A DNA stretch of 64,000 nt, from contig OZ251518.1 of NCBI GenBank assembly GCA_965242965.1, forward strand, positions 416,001 through 480,000, in the 5' to 3' direction. A model generated the notes under the pieces. It saw nothing but the letters and a program-made list of their open reading frames with translations. It was not told the DNA's origin and made no database searches. The stretch comes from Candidatus Poribacteria bacterium. Its GTDB lineage: Bacteria; Poribacteria; WGA-4E; WGA-3G. Below, in pieces: positions 1-10,513 of the stretch; position 1 is the stretch's first letter, and each line of letters opens with the position of its first letter. Position numbers and translations under genes: made by a program.

Positions 1-2
1 AC

Positions 3-629
3 TATTACGCCGGGTTAGCGCAGTTGCCGGCGCGTGCAGAACTCGCCGCCAAACTAGGCTGCTACCGCACGACTACCGTCGTCGGGCCCGCCTCAAACGA
101 TATGACGTATCAGGAGAATTGGGATTTCTCTGTCAAGCGGCTCCGTCCTGTCGCCGAGATTCTCAAGGAATATGGGCATTCGCTTGGACTTGAGTTCATC
201 GGCCCGGCGACGAGTCGGAAGGCAGCCAAGCACCTGTTTGCTTATTCAATGGATGCGATGTTAGGGCTCGCCGCCGCAGTCGGCACGGGCAACGTCGGCT
301 TGTTGTTTGATACATGGCACTGGTATACCTGCCGTTCCACGATTGACGATGTCCGGAAGTTGTCCCTCGCCGATGTTGTCTATGTGCATATCAACGACGC
401 GCCTGCAGGCATTGACGCTGACGAGCAGATCGATAATATCCGGTGCCTCCCCGCTGAAACCGGTGTGATTCCACTCACTGAATTGATGCATGTCTTGACT
501 GACATCGGTTATGAAGGACCGGTTACGCCGGAACCCTTCAGCAAAACGGTGAACGCGATGGAACCGGTAGACGCGGCGAAAGCCACGGGGGCATCGCTGG
601 ATAAGGTATGGGAAAACGCGGGGTTGTAG
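3..629 (+). CDS. Sugar phosphate isomerase/epimerase (xylose-isomerase-like TIM barrel), 5'-truncated by the window edge
   Basis: Frame is open to the window start. Motifs LGLEF, GLLFDTWH, VYVHIND, GVIP and GYEGPVTPEPF. Confidence 0.8.
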   Translation, partial: YYAGLAQLPARAELAAKLGCYRTTTVVGPASNDMTYQENWDFSVKRLRPVAEILKEYGHSLGLEFIGPATSRKAAKHLFAYSMDAMLGLAAAVGTGNVGLLFDTWHWYTCRSTIDDVRKLSLADVVYVHINDAPAGIDADEQIDNIRCLPAETGVIPLTELMHVLTDIGYEGPVTPEPFSKTVNAMEPVDAAKATGASLDKVWENAGL

Positions 630-654
630 GTGACGAAATAGGGGATCTTTGTAA

Positions 655-1045
655 GAGGGTGTTTCATAACTCCGTTTCGGTATTTATTCCATCTTGGGGG
701 CGGGCGAAAACTGAGCCCTCTTGGTAGGCGAGACCGGAAGGGTTCTCCTACCGGAAGGTGTCGGACCCACCTCTGTAGTTCGGGAGCGCGATGCGCCTGC
801 CTCAGCACAGATTGCGGAGGTTGATGTCGGGCCCACCTCTGTAGTTCGGGAGCGCCTGCTCCCGAACGGGTCAGGATCAGGCGATCCTGACCTACAGAGC
901 CTGGCGATCGCAGCATGGCGAGGGACAGGCCCTCGCCCTACGTGAAGGGACGGCGTTTTTTATCGTAGCGCGGGAGCCCTCGGATGCCACACGCGCATGG
1001 CGAGAGGGTCCCCCCCCGACGTTGAGCGATTTATGAAACACTATC
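655..1045. mobile_element. MITE-like element copy 1 (degenerate right TIR) with REP cargo
   Basis: GAGGGTGTTTCATAA at 655-669 and TTATGAAACACTATC at 1031-1045. Subterminal sequence is shared with other copies. No target duplication is visible. Confidence 0.7.
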
Positions 1046-1109
1046 AACGTAGATATCGGATTACGGAGAGAGACGTTCTTGCACGAGAAACGCGTGCGAA
1101 ATAACAAAA

Positions 1110-1913
1110 ATGCAACTTATCAACAAAGAAAACATCCTCGCGATGACAGACAAGTGGGAAGGCGAGAGATTTCCCGATGGCCGCCCGCGGGTTTCAGATG
1201 ATATTCTCCAACGGATGAAGGCGATTAGTATTGAACAGGCGTGGGGTGTCCTCCACGGCAGCGGTTATCGGTTTCAGTTTGCTGGCGATTGGTGGAATCT
1301 TCACCCGGAGCGCGTTCTCGTCGGGAGAGCGGTGACGTGCGCCTTCGTGCCTGTCCGTCCTGATTTCAACGATGCCGTTTCGGCGCAGGGAGAAAAAGAG
1401 GGACGCGTCGGTGGACAAAATTCGTGGGTAATCGATACGCTGGTTCAAGACGATGTCATCGTCGTAGATCTGTTCGGCAAAGTCAAAGATGGCACGTTTG
1501 CCGGTGATAACCTCGGCAACTCCATCTACGCCAAAACCGGCACCGGGATGGTAATTGATGGCGGCATCCGTGATTTAGACGGCATCTATGAATTGCCGGA
1601 CTTCGCAACCTTCGTTCGGGGTGTAGATCCGACTGGAATTGCGGATGTCACGTTGACAGGGATTAACACGCCGATTCGCATTGGGGAAGCGACTGTTTTG
1701 CCGGGCGATGTGGTGCTAGGCAGGCGTGGTGGTGTCATCTTTATTCCGCCGCACTTCGCGCAGCAGGTAGTTGAACGCGGCGAGGAGGTGCATCTCCGCG
1801 ACCGGTTTGGGCATCAACGTCTGCGGGAAGGCAAATATACGCCCGGCGAGATAGATAGGAAATGGACAGAAGAGATTGAGGCGGACTTCGCGCAGTGGCA
1901 GGAAAACCAATGA
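1110..1913 (+). CDS. RraA / HMG-CHA aldolase family protein
   Basis: LVGRAVT, DVIVVD, GDNLG, VIDGGIRD and IRIGEATVLPGDVVLG motifs. Confidence 0.85.
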   Translation: MQLINKENILAMTDKWEGERFPDGRPRVSDDILQRMKAISIEQAWGVLHGSGYRFQFAGDWWNLHPERVLVGRAVTCAFVPVRPDFNDAVSAQGEKEGRVGGQNSWVIDTLVQDDVIVVDLFGKVKDGTFAGDNLGNSIYAKTGTGMVIDGGIRDLDGIYELPDFATFVRGVDPTGIADVTLTGINTPIRIGEATVLPGDVVLGRRGGVIFIPPHFAQQVVERGEEVHLRDRFGHQRLREGKYTPGEIDRKWTEEIEADFAQWQENQ

Positions 1914-3625
1914 CAGACACACTCCAATCCGAAATTCACGCTATTTTACAGGGCGCGATACGAGATGCTATTGCGGCGGGAGAACTCTCTATCGCTGAGG
2001 TGCCAGAAATCCTGTTTTCGCCGACGAAAACGCCGGAACACGGCGATTTTGCTACGCCGGTTGCGTTGGGGTTGGCGAAACAGGCAAAAATGCCGCCTCG
2101 CAAGATTGCCGAGACGATTGTCGCGCGCGTTAACGTGGCGGCGCATCCGCATATCCGCGAGATTGACATCGCCGGGCCGGGGTTTATTAACATCCATCTT
2201 TCGGATGCGTGGCTTTATGAGACGCTTCGCACGATTGTCGCCGAAGGAGATACTTACGGCACCTGCAGCGAAGGTGCCGGGCAGCGCGTCCAAGTTGAGT
2301 TTGTCAGCGCGAATCCAACGGGACCGCTGAATATTGTGAGCGGGCGCGCTGCCGCTGTAGGCGATACCCTCGTCAATCTGCTCAACGCTGTCGGCTACGA
2401 TGCCATCCGTGAGTTCTACGTCAACGATGCAGGTGGACAAGTGGAACGGCTCGGTGAATCGATAGACATCCGCTACCGGCAGGCGTTGGGGGAAACAGGA
2501 CTGGAAATTCCCGAAGGCGGTTACGAGGGCGAATACCTGCGGGATTTCGCGCAGGATGTCGTCAAGGCGGCGGGTGACACGCACCTGCAGCTTGAGACAA
2601 CCGAACGGGTATCCCTCTTCCGCGACAGGGGCATTGCGCACATCCGCGCGCAACAAGAGGCATCCTTGGAACGCTTCGGCGTTCAGTTTGATGTCTGGAC
2701 AAGCGAGAAGGCAATCCGCGCAAGTGGAAAACCGGCGGAGATTCTCCAACTCTTTCGCGACAAGCAGTATCTCTATGAAGCGGAAGACGCAACGTGGTTT
2801 CGGATGTCTGACTTCGGGGACGATAAGGATTGCGTTGTCATCCGTCGCGATGGGGAATGCACCTATTTCGTGCCGGACGCGGCTTATCATCGCGATAAGT
2901 TTGACCGGGGATTCAATAAAGTCATCAACTTTTTTGGGCCGGACCATCAGGGGCACGTCAGTCGTCTCTACAACTTCGTGAAGGCACTCGGTTTGCCGGA
3001 TGACTGGCTGGAGATTGCTATTATCCAACAGGTGAATCTCGTTGATGACGAGGGACAGCGGTTGGATATGTCAAAACGGCGCGGGAAGTTCTACACGCTA
3101 GATGTGCTACTTGACGAGCTCGCGGCGGCGATTGGGGAACGGTTCGCGGTGGATGTCGCGCGCTATTTCTACCTGATGCGCGCCAATAACACGCACCTTG
3201 ATTTCAATCTGGAGTTGGCGGTTAGAGAGGCGAATGAAAATCCTGTCTTCTACATTCAGTATGCCTTTGCGCGGTGCTGGAGTATTTTCCAAAAGACTGC
3301 CGAGCATGGGATTACGCCGCTGCCTATTGACAAGGTTTCTTTGGAGTTGCTGACAGAACCGATGGCGCATGCGTTAATTCGGAAGTTGTCGGAATTTCCG
3401 GCATTGGTGCTTTTCAGTGCGGAGTCGCGCGAGGTGCATCGCATCGCGCACTATTTGCATGAGTTGGCGGGGTTATTCCATCCCTACTATAATCAGCATC
3501 GGGTGCTGGATGCCGAGCATCAGGAACGGACGCAGGCGCGGCTTGTCTTGACGCAGGCGGTGCAGACGGTGTTGAAAAACGGGCTGGCATTGTTGGGGAT
3601 TTCCGCGCTGGAAAAACGGATGTAA
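1910..3625 (+). CDS. argS: Arginine--tRNA ligase
   Basis: HGDFATP, IAGPGFIN, VEFVSANPTGPL, MSKRRG, NPVFYIQYA and C-terminal LLGISALEKRM. ATG at 1910 overlaps the upstream stop (ATGA). Confidence 0.97.
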   Translation: MTDTLQSEIHAILQGAIRDAIAAGELSIAEVPEILFSPTKTPEHGDFATPVALGLAKQAKMPPRKIAETIVARVNVAAHPHIREIDIAGPGFINIHLSDAWLYETLRTIVAEGDTYGTCSEGAGQRVQVEFVSANPTGPLNIVSGRAAAVGDTLVNLLNAVGYDAIREFYVNDAGGQVERLGESIDIRYRQALGETGLEIPEGGYEGEYLRDFAQDVVKAAGDTHLQLETTERVSLFRDRGIAHIRAQQEASLERFGVQFDVWTSEKAIRASGKPAEILQLFRDKQYLYEAEDATWFRMSDFGDDKDCVVIRRDGECTYFVPDAAYHRDKFDRGFNKVINFFGPDHQGHVSRLYNFVKALGLPDDWLEIAIIQQVNLVDDEGQRLDMSKRRGKFYTLDVLLDELAAAIGERFAVDVARYFYLMRANNTHLDFNLELAVREANENPVFYIQYAFARCWSIFQKTAEHGITPLPIDKVSLELLTEPMAHALIRKLSEFPALVLFSAESREVHRIAHYLHELAGLFHPYYNQHRVLDAEHQERTQARLVLTQAVQTVLKNGLALLGISALEKRM

Positions 3626-3627
3626 GC

Positions 3628-4290
3628 TGTGGGGGGGCATAAATGGTTCAACGTCGCGGGGGACAGGCCCCCGCGCTACGGTTAAAAAAACGCCGCCCCA
3701 TCCCGTAGGGCTTGGGCCCTCGCATGCCATACGCGCATGCGAGAGGGTTTCCCTCGCCATGCGTTTTGGTGTCAGAGCGCCTCACCCCTGTAGTTCAGGA
3801 GCGCCTGCTCCTGACCCGTTCGGGAGCGGGCGCTCCCGAACTACAGAGGGGGAAACCCTCATCGTAACGATGGAGATCGCGGGGGACAGGCCCCCGCGCT
3901 ACGGTAGGTGGGGCGTGCGCTCATCACGTCTGTAGGTCAGGAGCGCCTGCTCCTGACCCGTTCGGGAGCGGGTGCTCCCGAACTACAGAGGGGGAAACCC
4001 TCATCGTAACGATGGAGATCGCGGGGGACAGGCCCCCGCGCTACGGTAGGTGGGGCGTGCGCTCATCACGTCTGTAGGCAGGAGCACCTGCTCCTGACCC
4101 GTTCGGGAGCGGGTGCTCCCGAACTACAGAAGGGGAAACCCTCATCGTGACGATGGCGATCGCGGGGGACAGGCCCCCGCGCTACGGTAGGTGGGGCGTG
4201 CGCTCATCACGTCTGTAGTTCAGGAGCGCCTGCTCCTGACCCGTTCGGGAGCAGGCGCTCCCGAACTACAGAAGGGGAAACACTCATCAT
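3628..4290. repeat. REP cluster with a ~142-bp unit repeated ~3.5 times
   Basis: Units start at about 3788, 3930, 4072 and 4213. Each has a B-type inverted REP pair (GTAG(T/G)TCAGGAGCGCCTGCTCCTGACC...GAACTAC) followed by an A-type REP (CGCGGGGGACAGGCCCCCGCGCTAC); the last unit is truncated. Confidence 0.92.
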
Positions 4291-4303
4291 CCTGATTTTA
4301 AAC

Positions 4304-4333
4304 TTGCAATGCATTGCGAATTTAAGGTATAAT
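4304..4333 (+). promoter_or_regulatory. Sigma70-like promoter, probably giving a leaderless transcript
   Basis: TTGCAA-N18-TATAAT, with the ATG at 4340 only 6 nt after the -10 box. Confidence 0.6.
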
Positions 4334-4339
4334 CACATT

Positions 4340-7300
4340 ATGACAACACTTAACCTGAAACCAACTCACAAAGCGATAACCGCCTATTATGCCGCACTCA
4401 ACAGGTATCAACAGCACGGGGTAACCCACGAAACCGCCGTGCGCGCCGCCTTTCAAGCACTCCTCGAAGCCTGCACGCGACAACTTGACTGGACGCTGAT
4501 TTGTGAACAGACACTACGCCTCCCCGATAGAAATCCTATCCGCCTCGATGGCGCGCTGCTCGACGAACATAGTTTGCCCCGCGGCACCTGGGAGGCAAAA
4601 GGCGTTAAAGGAGCTCTCCGCGCCGAAATCAATAAGAAATTCGACGCAGGCTATCCCCAGGACAACATCCTCTTCCAAACACCGGAACGCGCCATTCTCT
4701 ATCAAAACGGACGCGAAGTGATGGACGCAGACATCACCGCACCGGAAACGCTTGTCACGGTGTTGCAGACGTTCTTTGCCTACGAGCGCGCGAACGCCGC
4801 CGAATGGCGCGCCGCCGTCGCACGCTTCAAAGAACTTGTCCCCGAACTCGGGGCGGAGGCGGCGAACCTTATCCAAACGCAGCACGAAACAAACGCGCAA
4901 TTCCGCGCCGATTTCACCGCGTTTCACGAACTCTGCAAAACCGCCATCAACCCGAATCTCTCGGCGGCGGCTGTCCAAGAGATGCTCGTCCAACATCTTC
5001 TCACCGAACGGATGTTCCGCACTGTCTTCGAGGATCCGGATTTCGCCCACCGCAATATCATCGCCCGCGAAATTGAAAAAGTCCTCAAGGGAACACTGGC
5101 GAACTTCCTCAACCGCGGCCAACTGCTCCAAAAACTCACGCCGTTCTATCGCGAAATCGAACGCGAGGCAGCTACACTCGTCGATTTCTCGCAGAAACAG
5201 CACTTCCTCAACACCGTTTACGAGCAGTTCTTCCAAGGCTTCTCCGTGAAGCAGGCGGATACGCACGGCATCGTTTACACCCCGCAGCCTATCGTCGATT
5301 TTATGGCGAACAGCGTCCAGCATATCCTCCAAACCGAATTCGACCACGCGCTGGCAGATGAAGGCGTTCACATCATCGATGCGTTCGTCGGCACCGGCAA
5401 CTTCATCGTCCGACTCATGCGCGACATCCCCAAGACGAAACTGGAGGCGAAATACCGAAACGAACTCTGGTGCAACGAAGTGCTGTTATTGCCTTATTAC
5501 ATCGCCACGCTCAACATCGAGCACGAATTCTACGCCGCCACCGGCACCTATCTGCCGTTTGAAGGCATCTCCCTCGTGGATACGTTCGAGTTAGCGGAAG
5601 ACCGGCAGTTGTCGCTCTTAACCGCTGAAAACACGGCGCGTGTGGCGAAGCAGCAAGCCTCGCCGATGTTCGTCGTCATCGGAAATCCGCCCTATAACGC
5701 CGGGCAAATCAACGAAAACGATAACAACAAAAATCGGAATTATCCGACGCTGGAGGCGCGCGTGCGAGAAACCTATGCGAAAGACTCCACCGCAACGCTC
5801 AAAAATTCGCTCTATGACACTTACGTCAAGGCACTTCGTTGGGCTTCCGATAGGATTGGCAAACAGGGGATCGTCGCGCTCGTCACGAATAACAGTTTTC
5901 TTAGCGGCACCTCGTTTGATGGCATGCGGAAACACCTCGCTGAAGACTTTGATGCCATCTATGTCGTCGATTTGGGCGGCAATGCGCGGCGTGATAAACT
6001 TGTCGCTGATGCAAGCGTTTTTGGTATCCGCGTCGGGGTGAGTATTAATTTTTTCGTGAAAAACCCTTCCCGGCGATCGCGGGGGACAGGCCCCCGCGCT
6101 ACGGTGCCTTCCGGTCTCGATGGGATCGCGGGGGACAGGCCCCCGCGCTACGGTAACGGGGAAAATTCCGCGCGCATCTTCTATTACCGCACCGATGACG
6201 CGTGGAACAAACACCAGAAATTCGATTTCTTGACGCAAACTGAACACGTTGGGAATGTGGACTGGCAAACGCTAGAACCCGATGCACGAAATACCTGGCT
6301 CACCGAAGGACTCAACCCTGAATTTTTGACGTTCATGCCGATAGGGAGCAAAACGGCAAAACGGGAAAAAAAGGAGCCCGCCGGGGTGATATTCCACCAG
6401 TTCAGCAACGGTTTGAAAACAAACCGGGATGCATGGGCTTACAACTTCAACCGCGATGCGCTCGCTGAAAACATGCAGCGCATGATAGGTGCCTATAACG
6501 CGCAGGTCTCCCAGTGGCGCGATAGGGACGACAACGCGGAGATAAGTGTTGACGATTTTGTCGATGCCGACTTGCGGAAAATCAAATGGAGTGGCGATTT
6601 GAAAACCGCTCTCAAAAAAGGGGTTTTCGCGGCGTTTTCCAATGAAAAATTGCGAACGTCTCTCTACCGTCCTTTCACCCGTTCTTTTCTGTTCTTCGAC
6701 CGGCTCATGAATAACGGCACCTTTCTTCAGCCCTATATCTTCCCTACGCCGGAGACAGAAAAGGAAAATCTCGTTCTCTCTGCCGCGGGAACTGGGCATC
6801 GGACGGGATTTGGCTGTCTCGTCTCAAACGTCATTCCCAATGTAGATCTTGCCTATGAAAAAGGGCAGTGCTTCCCGTTCTACTTTTACGATGAAGATGG
6901 CACTAACCGCCGAGAAAACATCACCGATTGGGCATTGGAAAACTTCCGCAAGCACTATGGCGACGATACCATCACGAAATGGAACATTTTCCACTACACC
7001 TACGGTATCTTGCATCATCCTGCGTATCGCGAACGTTACGCCGCTGATCTCAAGCGCGATTTACCGCATATCCCCTACGCCGACGATTTCTGGGCATTTG
7101 CAAACGCCGGCGCACGGTTAGCGGAACTTCATGTCAACTACGAGGCGCAGCCGGAGTATCCGCTCACGTTTGTCGAAGATGCGACGCGGCAGTTGGATTT
7201 CCGCGTGGAAAAAATGAGGTTGTCCAAGGACAAGACCTCGCTTATCTATAACGAGTTTCTGACGTTGGAGGGGATTCCTGCGGCGGTGTTTTCGTATCGC

Positions 7301-7492
7301 TTGGGTCAGTATTCGGCGTTGGAGTGGGTGGTGAAGCAGTATCGTGTGAAGGCGGATGCGCGGAGTGGTATTGTGAACGATCCGAACGATGCGTCGAATC
7401 CGCGTTATATCGTGGAGCTCATCGGTTCGGTGGTTACGGTGAGTTTGGAGACGTGTAAGATTGTTGGGGGTTTGCCATCGTTTCGTTCGTGA
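4340..7492 (+). CDS. Type IIG / type ISP-like restriction-modification fusion (nuclease + N6-adenine MTase + specificity domain)
   Basis: N-terminal LDG...WEAK (PD-(D/E)xK-like), GIVYTPQPIVDFM, IIDAFVGTGNF, VIGNPPY, and a C-terminal YRPF / ENITDWAL / SALEWVVKQY LlaBIII-like region. Confidence 0.88.
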   Translation: MTTLNLKPTHKAITAYYAALNRYQQHGVTHETAVRAAFQALLEACTRQLDWTLICEQTLRLPDRNPIRLDGALLDEHSLPRGTWEAKGVKGALRAEINKKFDAGYPQDNILFQTPERAILYQNGREVMDADITAPETLVTVLQTFFAYERANAAEWRAAVARFKELVPELGAEAANLIQTQHETNAQFRADFTAFHELCKTAINPNLSAAAVQEMLVQHLLTERMFRTVFEDPDFAHRNIIAREIEKVLKGTLANFLNRGQLLQKLTPFYREIEREAATLVDFSQKQHFLNTVYEQFFQGFSVKQADTHGIVYTPQPIVDFMANSVQHILQTEFDHALADEGVHIIDAFVGTGNFIVRLMRDIPKTKLEAKYRNELWCNEVLLLPYYIATLNIEHEFYAATGTYLPFEGISLVDTFELAEDRQLSLLTAENTARVAKQQASPMFVVIGNPPYNAGQINENDNNKNRNYPTLEARVRETYAKDSTATLKNSLYDTYVKALRWASDRIGKQGIVALVTNNSFLSGTSFDGMRKHLAEDFDAIYVVDLGGNARRDKLVADASVFGIRVGVSINFFVKNPSRRSRGTGPRATVPSGLDGIAGDRPPRYGNGENSARIFYYRTDDAWNKHQKFDFLTQTEHVGNVDWQTLEPDARNTWLTEGLNPEFLTFMPIGSKTAKREKKEPAGVIFHQFSNGLKTNRDAWAYNFNRDALAENMQRMIGAYNAQVSQWRDRDDNAEISVDDFVDADLRKIKWSGDLKTALKKGVFAAFSNEKLRTSLYRPFTRSFLFFDRLMNNGTFLQPYIFPTPETEKENLVLSAAGTGHRTGFGCLVSNVIPNVDLAYEKGQCFPFYFYDEDGTNRRENITDWALENFRKHYGDDTITKWNIFHYTYGILHHPAYRERYAADLKRDLPHIPYADDFWAFANAGARLAELHVNYEAQPEYPLTFVEDATRQLDFRVEKMRLSKDKTSLIYNEFLTLEGIPAAVFSYRLGQYSALEWVVKQYRVKADARSGIVNDPNDASNPRYIVELIGSVVTVSLETCKIVGGLPSFRS

Positions 7493-7509
7493 AAAAAACG
7501 CCGTCATGT

Positions 7510-7960
7510 TACGTAGGGCGGGGGCCTGTCCCCCGCCATGCTGCGGTCTACCGGAAACTCGCGAGGGACAGGCCCTCGCGCTACGGAAAAAAACGCTGCT
7601 ACGTTACGTAGGGCGGGGGCCTGTCCCCCGCCATGCTGCGATCTCTAGGCTCTGTAGTTCGGGAGCAGGCGCTCCCGAACTACAGTGGGCCCGATGCGCG
7701 CCCCCCCAACGGGGATAAAGCATCCGAGCGGGTTTCCCTCGCCATGCAACGATCGCGAGGGACAGGCCCTCGCGCTACGGTGAAAAAACGCATCCCCGCC
7801 ATCGCGCGCGCCAGTTTCTGTAGTTCAGGAGCGCCTGATCCTGACCCGTTTGTGATCAGGCGATCACAAACTACAGAGTGGGCCCGATGCGCGCCAGGTT
7901 CTGTAGGTCAGGATCGCCTGATCCTGACCTATTCGGGAGCAGGTGCTCCCGAACTACAAA
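7510..7960. repeat. Mixed A- and B-type GTAG REP cluster
   Basis: Several GTAGGGCGGGGGCCTGTCCCCCGCC / CGCGAGGGACAGGCCCTCGCGCTAC pairs and GTAGTTC...GAACTAC units. Confidence 0.9.
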
Positions 7961-7987
7961 CCGAGGAATTGACAATAGGACTACGTT

Positions 7988-9352
7988 ATGCAAGAAAACA
8001 GACACAATCAAACGCCACGCGAAATCCGAAAAATTGATAAGGCGCATGTGTGGCATCCGCTTTTTCAACATCAACGGCTTGAAGAGACAGACCTGCTCGT
8101 CATCAAGTCGGCGCACGGGACGACGCTTGTGGACGAAGAAGGCAGGGAATATTTAGACGCATACTCGGCACTGTGGAACGTCAACGTCGGCTATGGCAGG
8201 CAGGAGATTGCGGATGCAGTCTACGCGCAGATTCAGCAGTTGCCGTATTATCCGCACTCGCAGATTAACGCGCCGGCGACGATGCTGGCGGAGCAGTTAT
8301 CGGCGTGCTTGCCGGGCGATCTGAACCACGTCTATTTCTGCAACAGCGGTTCTGAGGCGAATGAGACGGCTATCAAGATTGCGCGCCAATACGGGAGGCA
8401 AACCTACCCGGGTGAGAATCGCTATAAAATCATCAGTCGGTATCGCGGGTATCATGGATTCACTTACGGCGCGTTGTCGGCGACGGGACAGGCGCGTCGG
8501 CGGAAGGCGTTTGAGCCGCTCGTCCCTGGTTTTTACCACGCGCAGCCGCCTTACTGTTATCGGTGTCCGTTAGGCTTAGCATCTTCTACTTGCAACGTCG
8601 GTTGCGCCGAGGACATCGCGCGGATTATTCAGTCTGAGGGCCCCGAGACGGTGATTGCCGTTATCGCGGAACCTATCATCGGTGGGGGCGGCGTGATTGT
8701 GCCGCCGGCTGAATATTTGCCGAAACTCCGCGAAATCTGCGATGCTTATGGGCTGCTGCTTATCCTTGACGAAGTGATTACAGGGTTTGGAAGGACCGGG
8801 AAGATGTTCGCATGTGAGCATTGGGGGGTCCAACCAGACCTGATTACGCTTGCCAAGGGGTTGACGAGCGGCTATGTCCCCCTCGGTGCGTGTGTTGCAT
8901 CGACGAAGGTGTTTGAGGCGTTCCTCGGTGGGCCCGATGATAATAACGAGTTCGCGCAGGTTTGCACCTATGGTGGACATCCTGTCGCTTGCGCCGCCGG
9001 TGTGGCGAATCTGAACATTTTGCAGGAAGAACGTCTCTGGGAAAACGCCGATAAGGTGGGGAGTTATCTCCTTGAAAAACTGACGACGTTGAAAACTTTG
9101 CCTATCGTTGGTGATGTGCGCGGCAAAGGTTTGATGTTGGCGGTGGAGTTAGTTCAGGCTGATGGCGCGCATCTGGAAACGGCGCACACGAACCGTATCG
9201 TCGGTGCATTGCGCGAGAAAGGCGTTATCGTCGGTAAGATTGGACACGCCGTGGACGAACCGGAGAACATCATTTTCATCGCGCCACCGCTCATTCTCAC
9301 TGAGGTTGAGGCGGATAGAATTTTTGAGACGCTCCGTGCTGTTCTCCGGTAG
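7988..9352 (+). CDS. Class III PLP-dependent aminotransferase
   Basis: [48 protein letters not shown] and TYGGHP. Confidence 0.93.
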   Translation: MQENRHNQTPREIRKIDKAHVWHPLFQHQRLEETDLLVIKSAHGTTLVDEEGREYLDAYSALWNVNVGYGRQEIADAVYAQIQQLPYYPHSQINAPATMLAEQLSACLPGDLNHVYFCNSGSEANETAIKIARQYGRQTYPGENRYKIISRYRGYHGFTYGALSATGQARRRKAFEPLVPGFYHAQPPYCYRCPLGLASSTCNVGCAEDIARIIQSEGPETVIAVIAEPIIGGGGVIVPPAEYLPKLREICDAYGLLLILDEVITGFGRTGKMFACEHWGVQPDLITLAKGLTSGYVPLGACVASTKVFEAFLGGPDDNNEFAQVCTYGGHPVACAAGVANLNILQEERLWENADKVGSYLLEKLTTLKTLPIVGDVRGKGLMLAVELVQADGAHLETAHTNRIVGALREKGVIVGKIGHAVDEPENIIFIAPPLILTEVEADRIFETLRAVLR

Positions 9353-9406
9353 CAGGACGCTTGCAAACGTCTGCAAACGTTCAGGGTTTTCCCGAAAATC
9401 GGGGTG

Positions 9407-10270
9407 TTACGCGAGGTATTTATCGAGCAGGAAGCTGAGCCGTTGTCGCGCGGCAGGCGAAATTTTATCGGGCTGCGTGGCAATCGCGCCTTCAAGCGCG
9501 TTTTCACAGCTGCACGTTCGCTGAGTCTCGGTAATCTTCGCCACGGCACTTCGCACTGTCTGTTTTGATACCTCAACGTTGGCGCGGACATTGCCGAGAA
9601 CCATATCGTTGGTGACAGCATCGTGTTCGGGATGCCAGCAGTCGTAATCGGTGGTGCAGGCGAGGAGCGCGTAACACATTTCCGCTTCGCGTGCGAGTTT
9701 CGCTTCCGGTGCCGCTGTCATCCCAATGATGTCAAATCCGAAGTGCCGGTAGACTTCGGATTCGGCGCGGGTTGAGAAGGCGGGGCCCTCCATACAGAGA
9801 TAGGTGCCGCCCCAATGCACAGTCGCGCCTGCTTCCTCTGCGGCGGTATGTAAACACGTGCTCATAAGTGGACAGAAGGGGTGCGCGAGGCTCACATGCG
9901 CAGTGACACCCTCACCGAAAAAGGTGCTGTTGCGGTGTTTCGTGTTGTCATAGAGTTGCTCTGGCACGACGAAATGCCGCGGTTCGATCTCCAGTTTCAG
10001 ACTGCCGACGGCACTGACGGAGATGAGATTTTCGACACCTAGGGTTTTCAAGGCGTAGATATTGGCACGGGCATTCACCTCTGAGGGGAGCGTCCGGTGC
10101 CCGGCACCGTGGCGCGGTAGAAAAACCACCGGAATTCCATCAAGGCTGCCGACGATGAGCGCGTCGCTCGGTTTCCCGAAGGGGGTTTCTACTTCGGTTC
10201 TTTCGATGTCGGTTAAGCCGTCCATTTGATAAAAGCCGCTGCCGCCGATAATTCCGATTTTAATAGACAT
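9407..10270 (-). CDS. mtnP: S-methyl-5'-thioadenosine phosphorylase
   Basis: IGIIGGSG, TPFGKPSD, FLPRHG, SAVGSL, EGPAFSTRAES, GMT..PEAKLARE and TDYDCW. Confidence 0.93.
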   Translation of the reverse strand: MSIKIGIIGGSGFYQMDGLTDIERTEVETPFGKPSDALIVGSLDGIPVVFLPRHGAGHRTLPSEVNARANIYALKTLGVENLISVSAVGSLKLEIEPRHFVVPEQLYDNTKHRNSTFFGEGVTAHVSLAHPFCPLMSTCLHTAAEEAGATVHWGGTYLCMEGPAFSTRAESEVYRHFGFDIIGMTAAPEAKLAREAEMCYALLACTTDYDCWHPEHDAVTNDMVLGNVRANVEVSKQTVRSAVAKITETQRTCSCENALEGAIATQPDKISPAARQRLSFLLDKYLA

Positions 10271-10319
10271 ACGTTCTCCTAAAAAGCGTTGGGATTGTGA
10301 GGTTCATCCTATTGTTTGT

Positions 10320-10492
10320 CGAGACCAGGAGGTCTCTCCTACTGTCTTTCAAGACTCCGGAATCCGTAGGGCGAGGGCCTGTCCCTCGCCACCTTGCAAG
10401 CCCCCGGGATCCGTAGGGCGAGGGCCTGTCCCTCGCCACCTTGCAAGCCCCCGGGATCCGTAGGGCGAGGGCCTGTCCCTCGCCACCTTGCA
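10320..10492. repeat. One C-type REP plus three 47-bp tandem A-type REP units
   Basis: GTAGGGCGAGGGCCTGTCCCTCGCCACCTTGCAAG starts at 10366, 10413 and 10460. Confidence 0.92.
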
Positions 10493-10513
10493 AGACTAAT
10501 TGAGAAACGAAAC

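Noticed and set aside
1946-3028. Long antisense ORFs (360 aa here, 369 aa at 43729-44838, and others)
   Set aside because: They are shadows of well-supported genes in GC-rich DNA and show no motifs.
3788-4290. Regularly spaced palindromic repeats as a CRISPR array (also 10366-10492, 36608-37228, 58883-59000)
   Set aside because: The spacers are themselves repeated or irregular, orientation alternates, no cas genes are present, and the same units are dispersed across the window. These are REP/BIME clusters.
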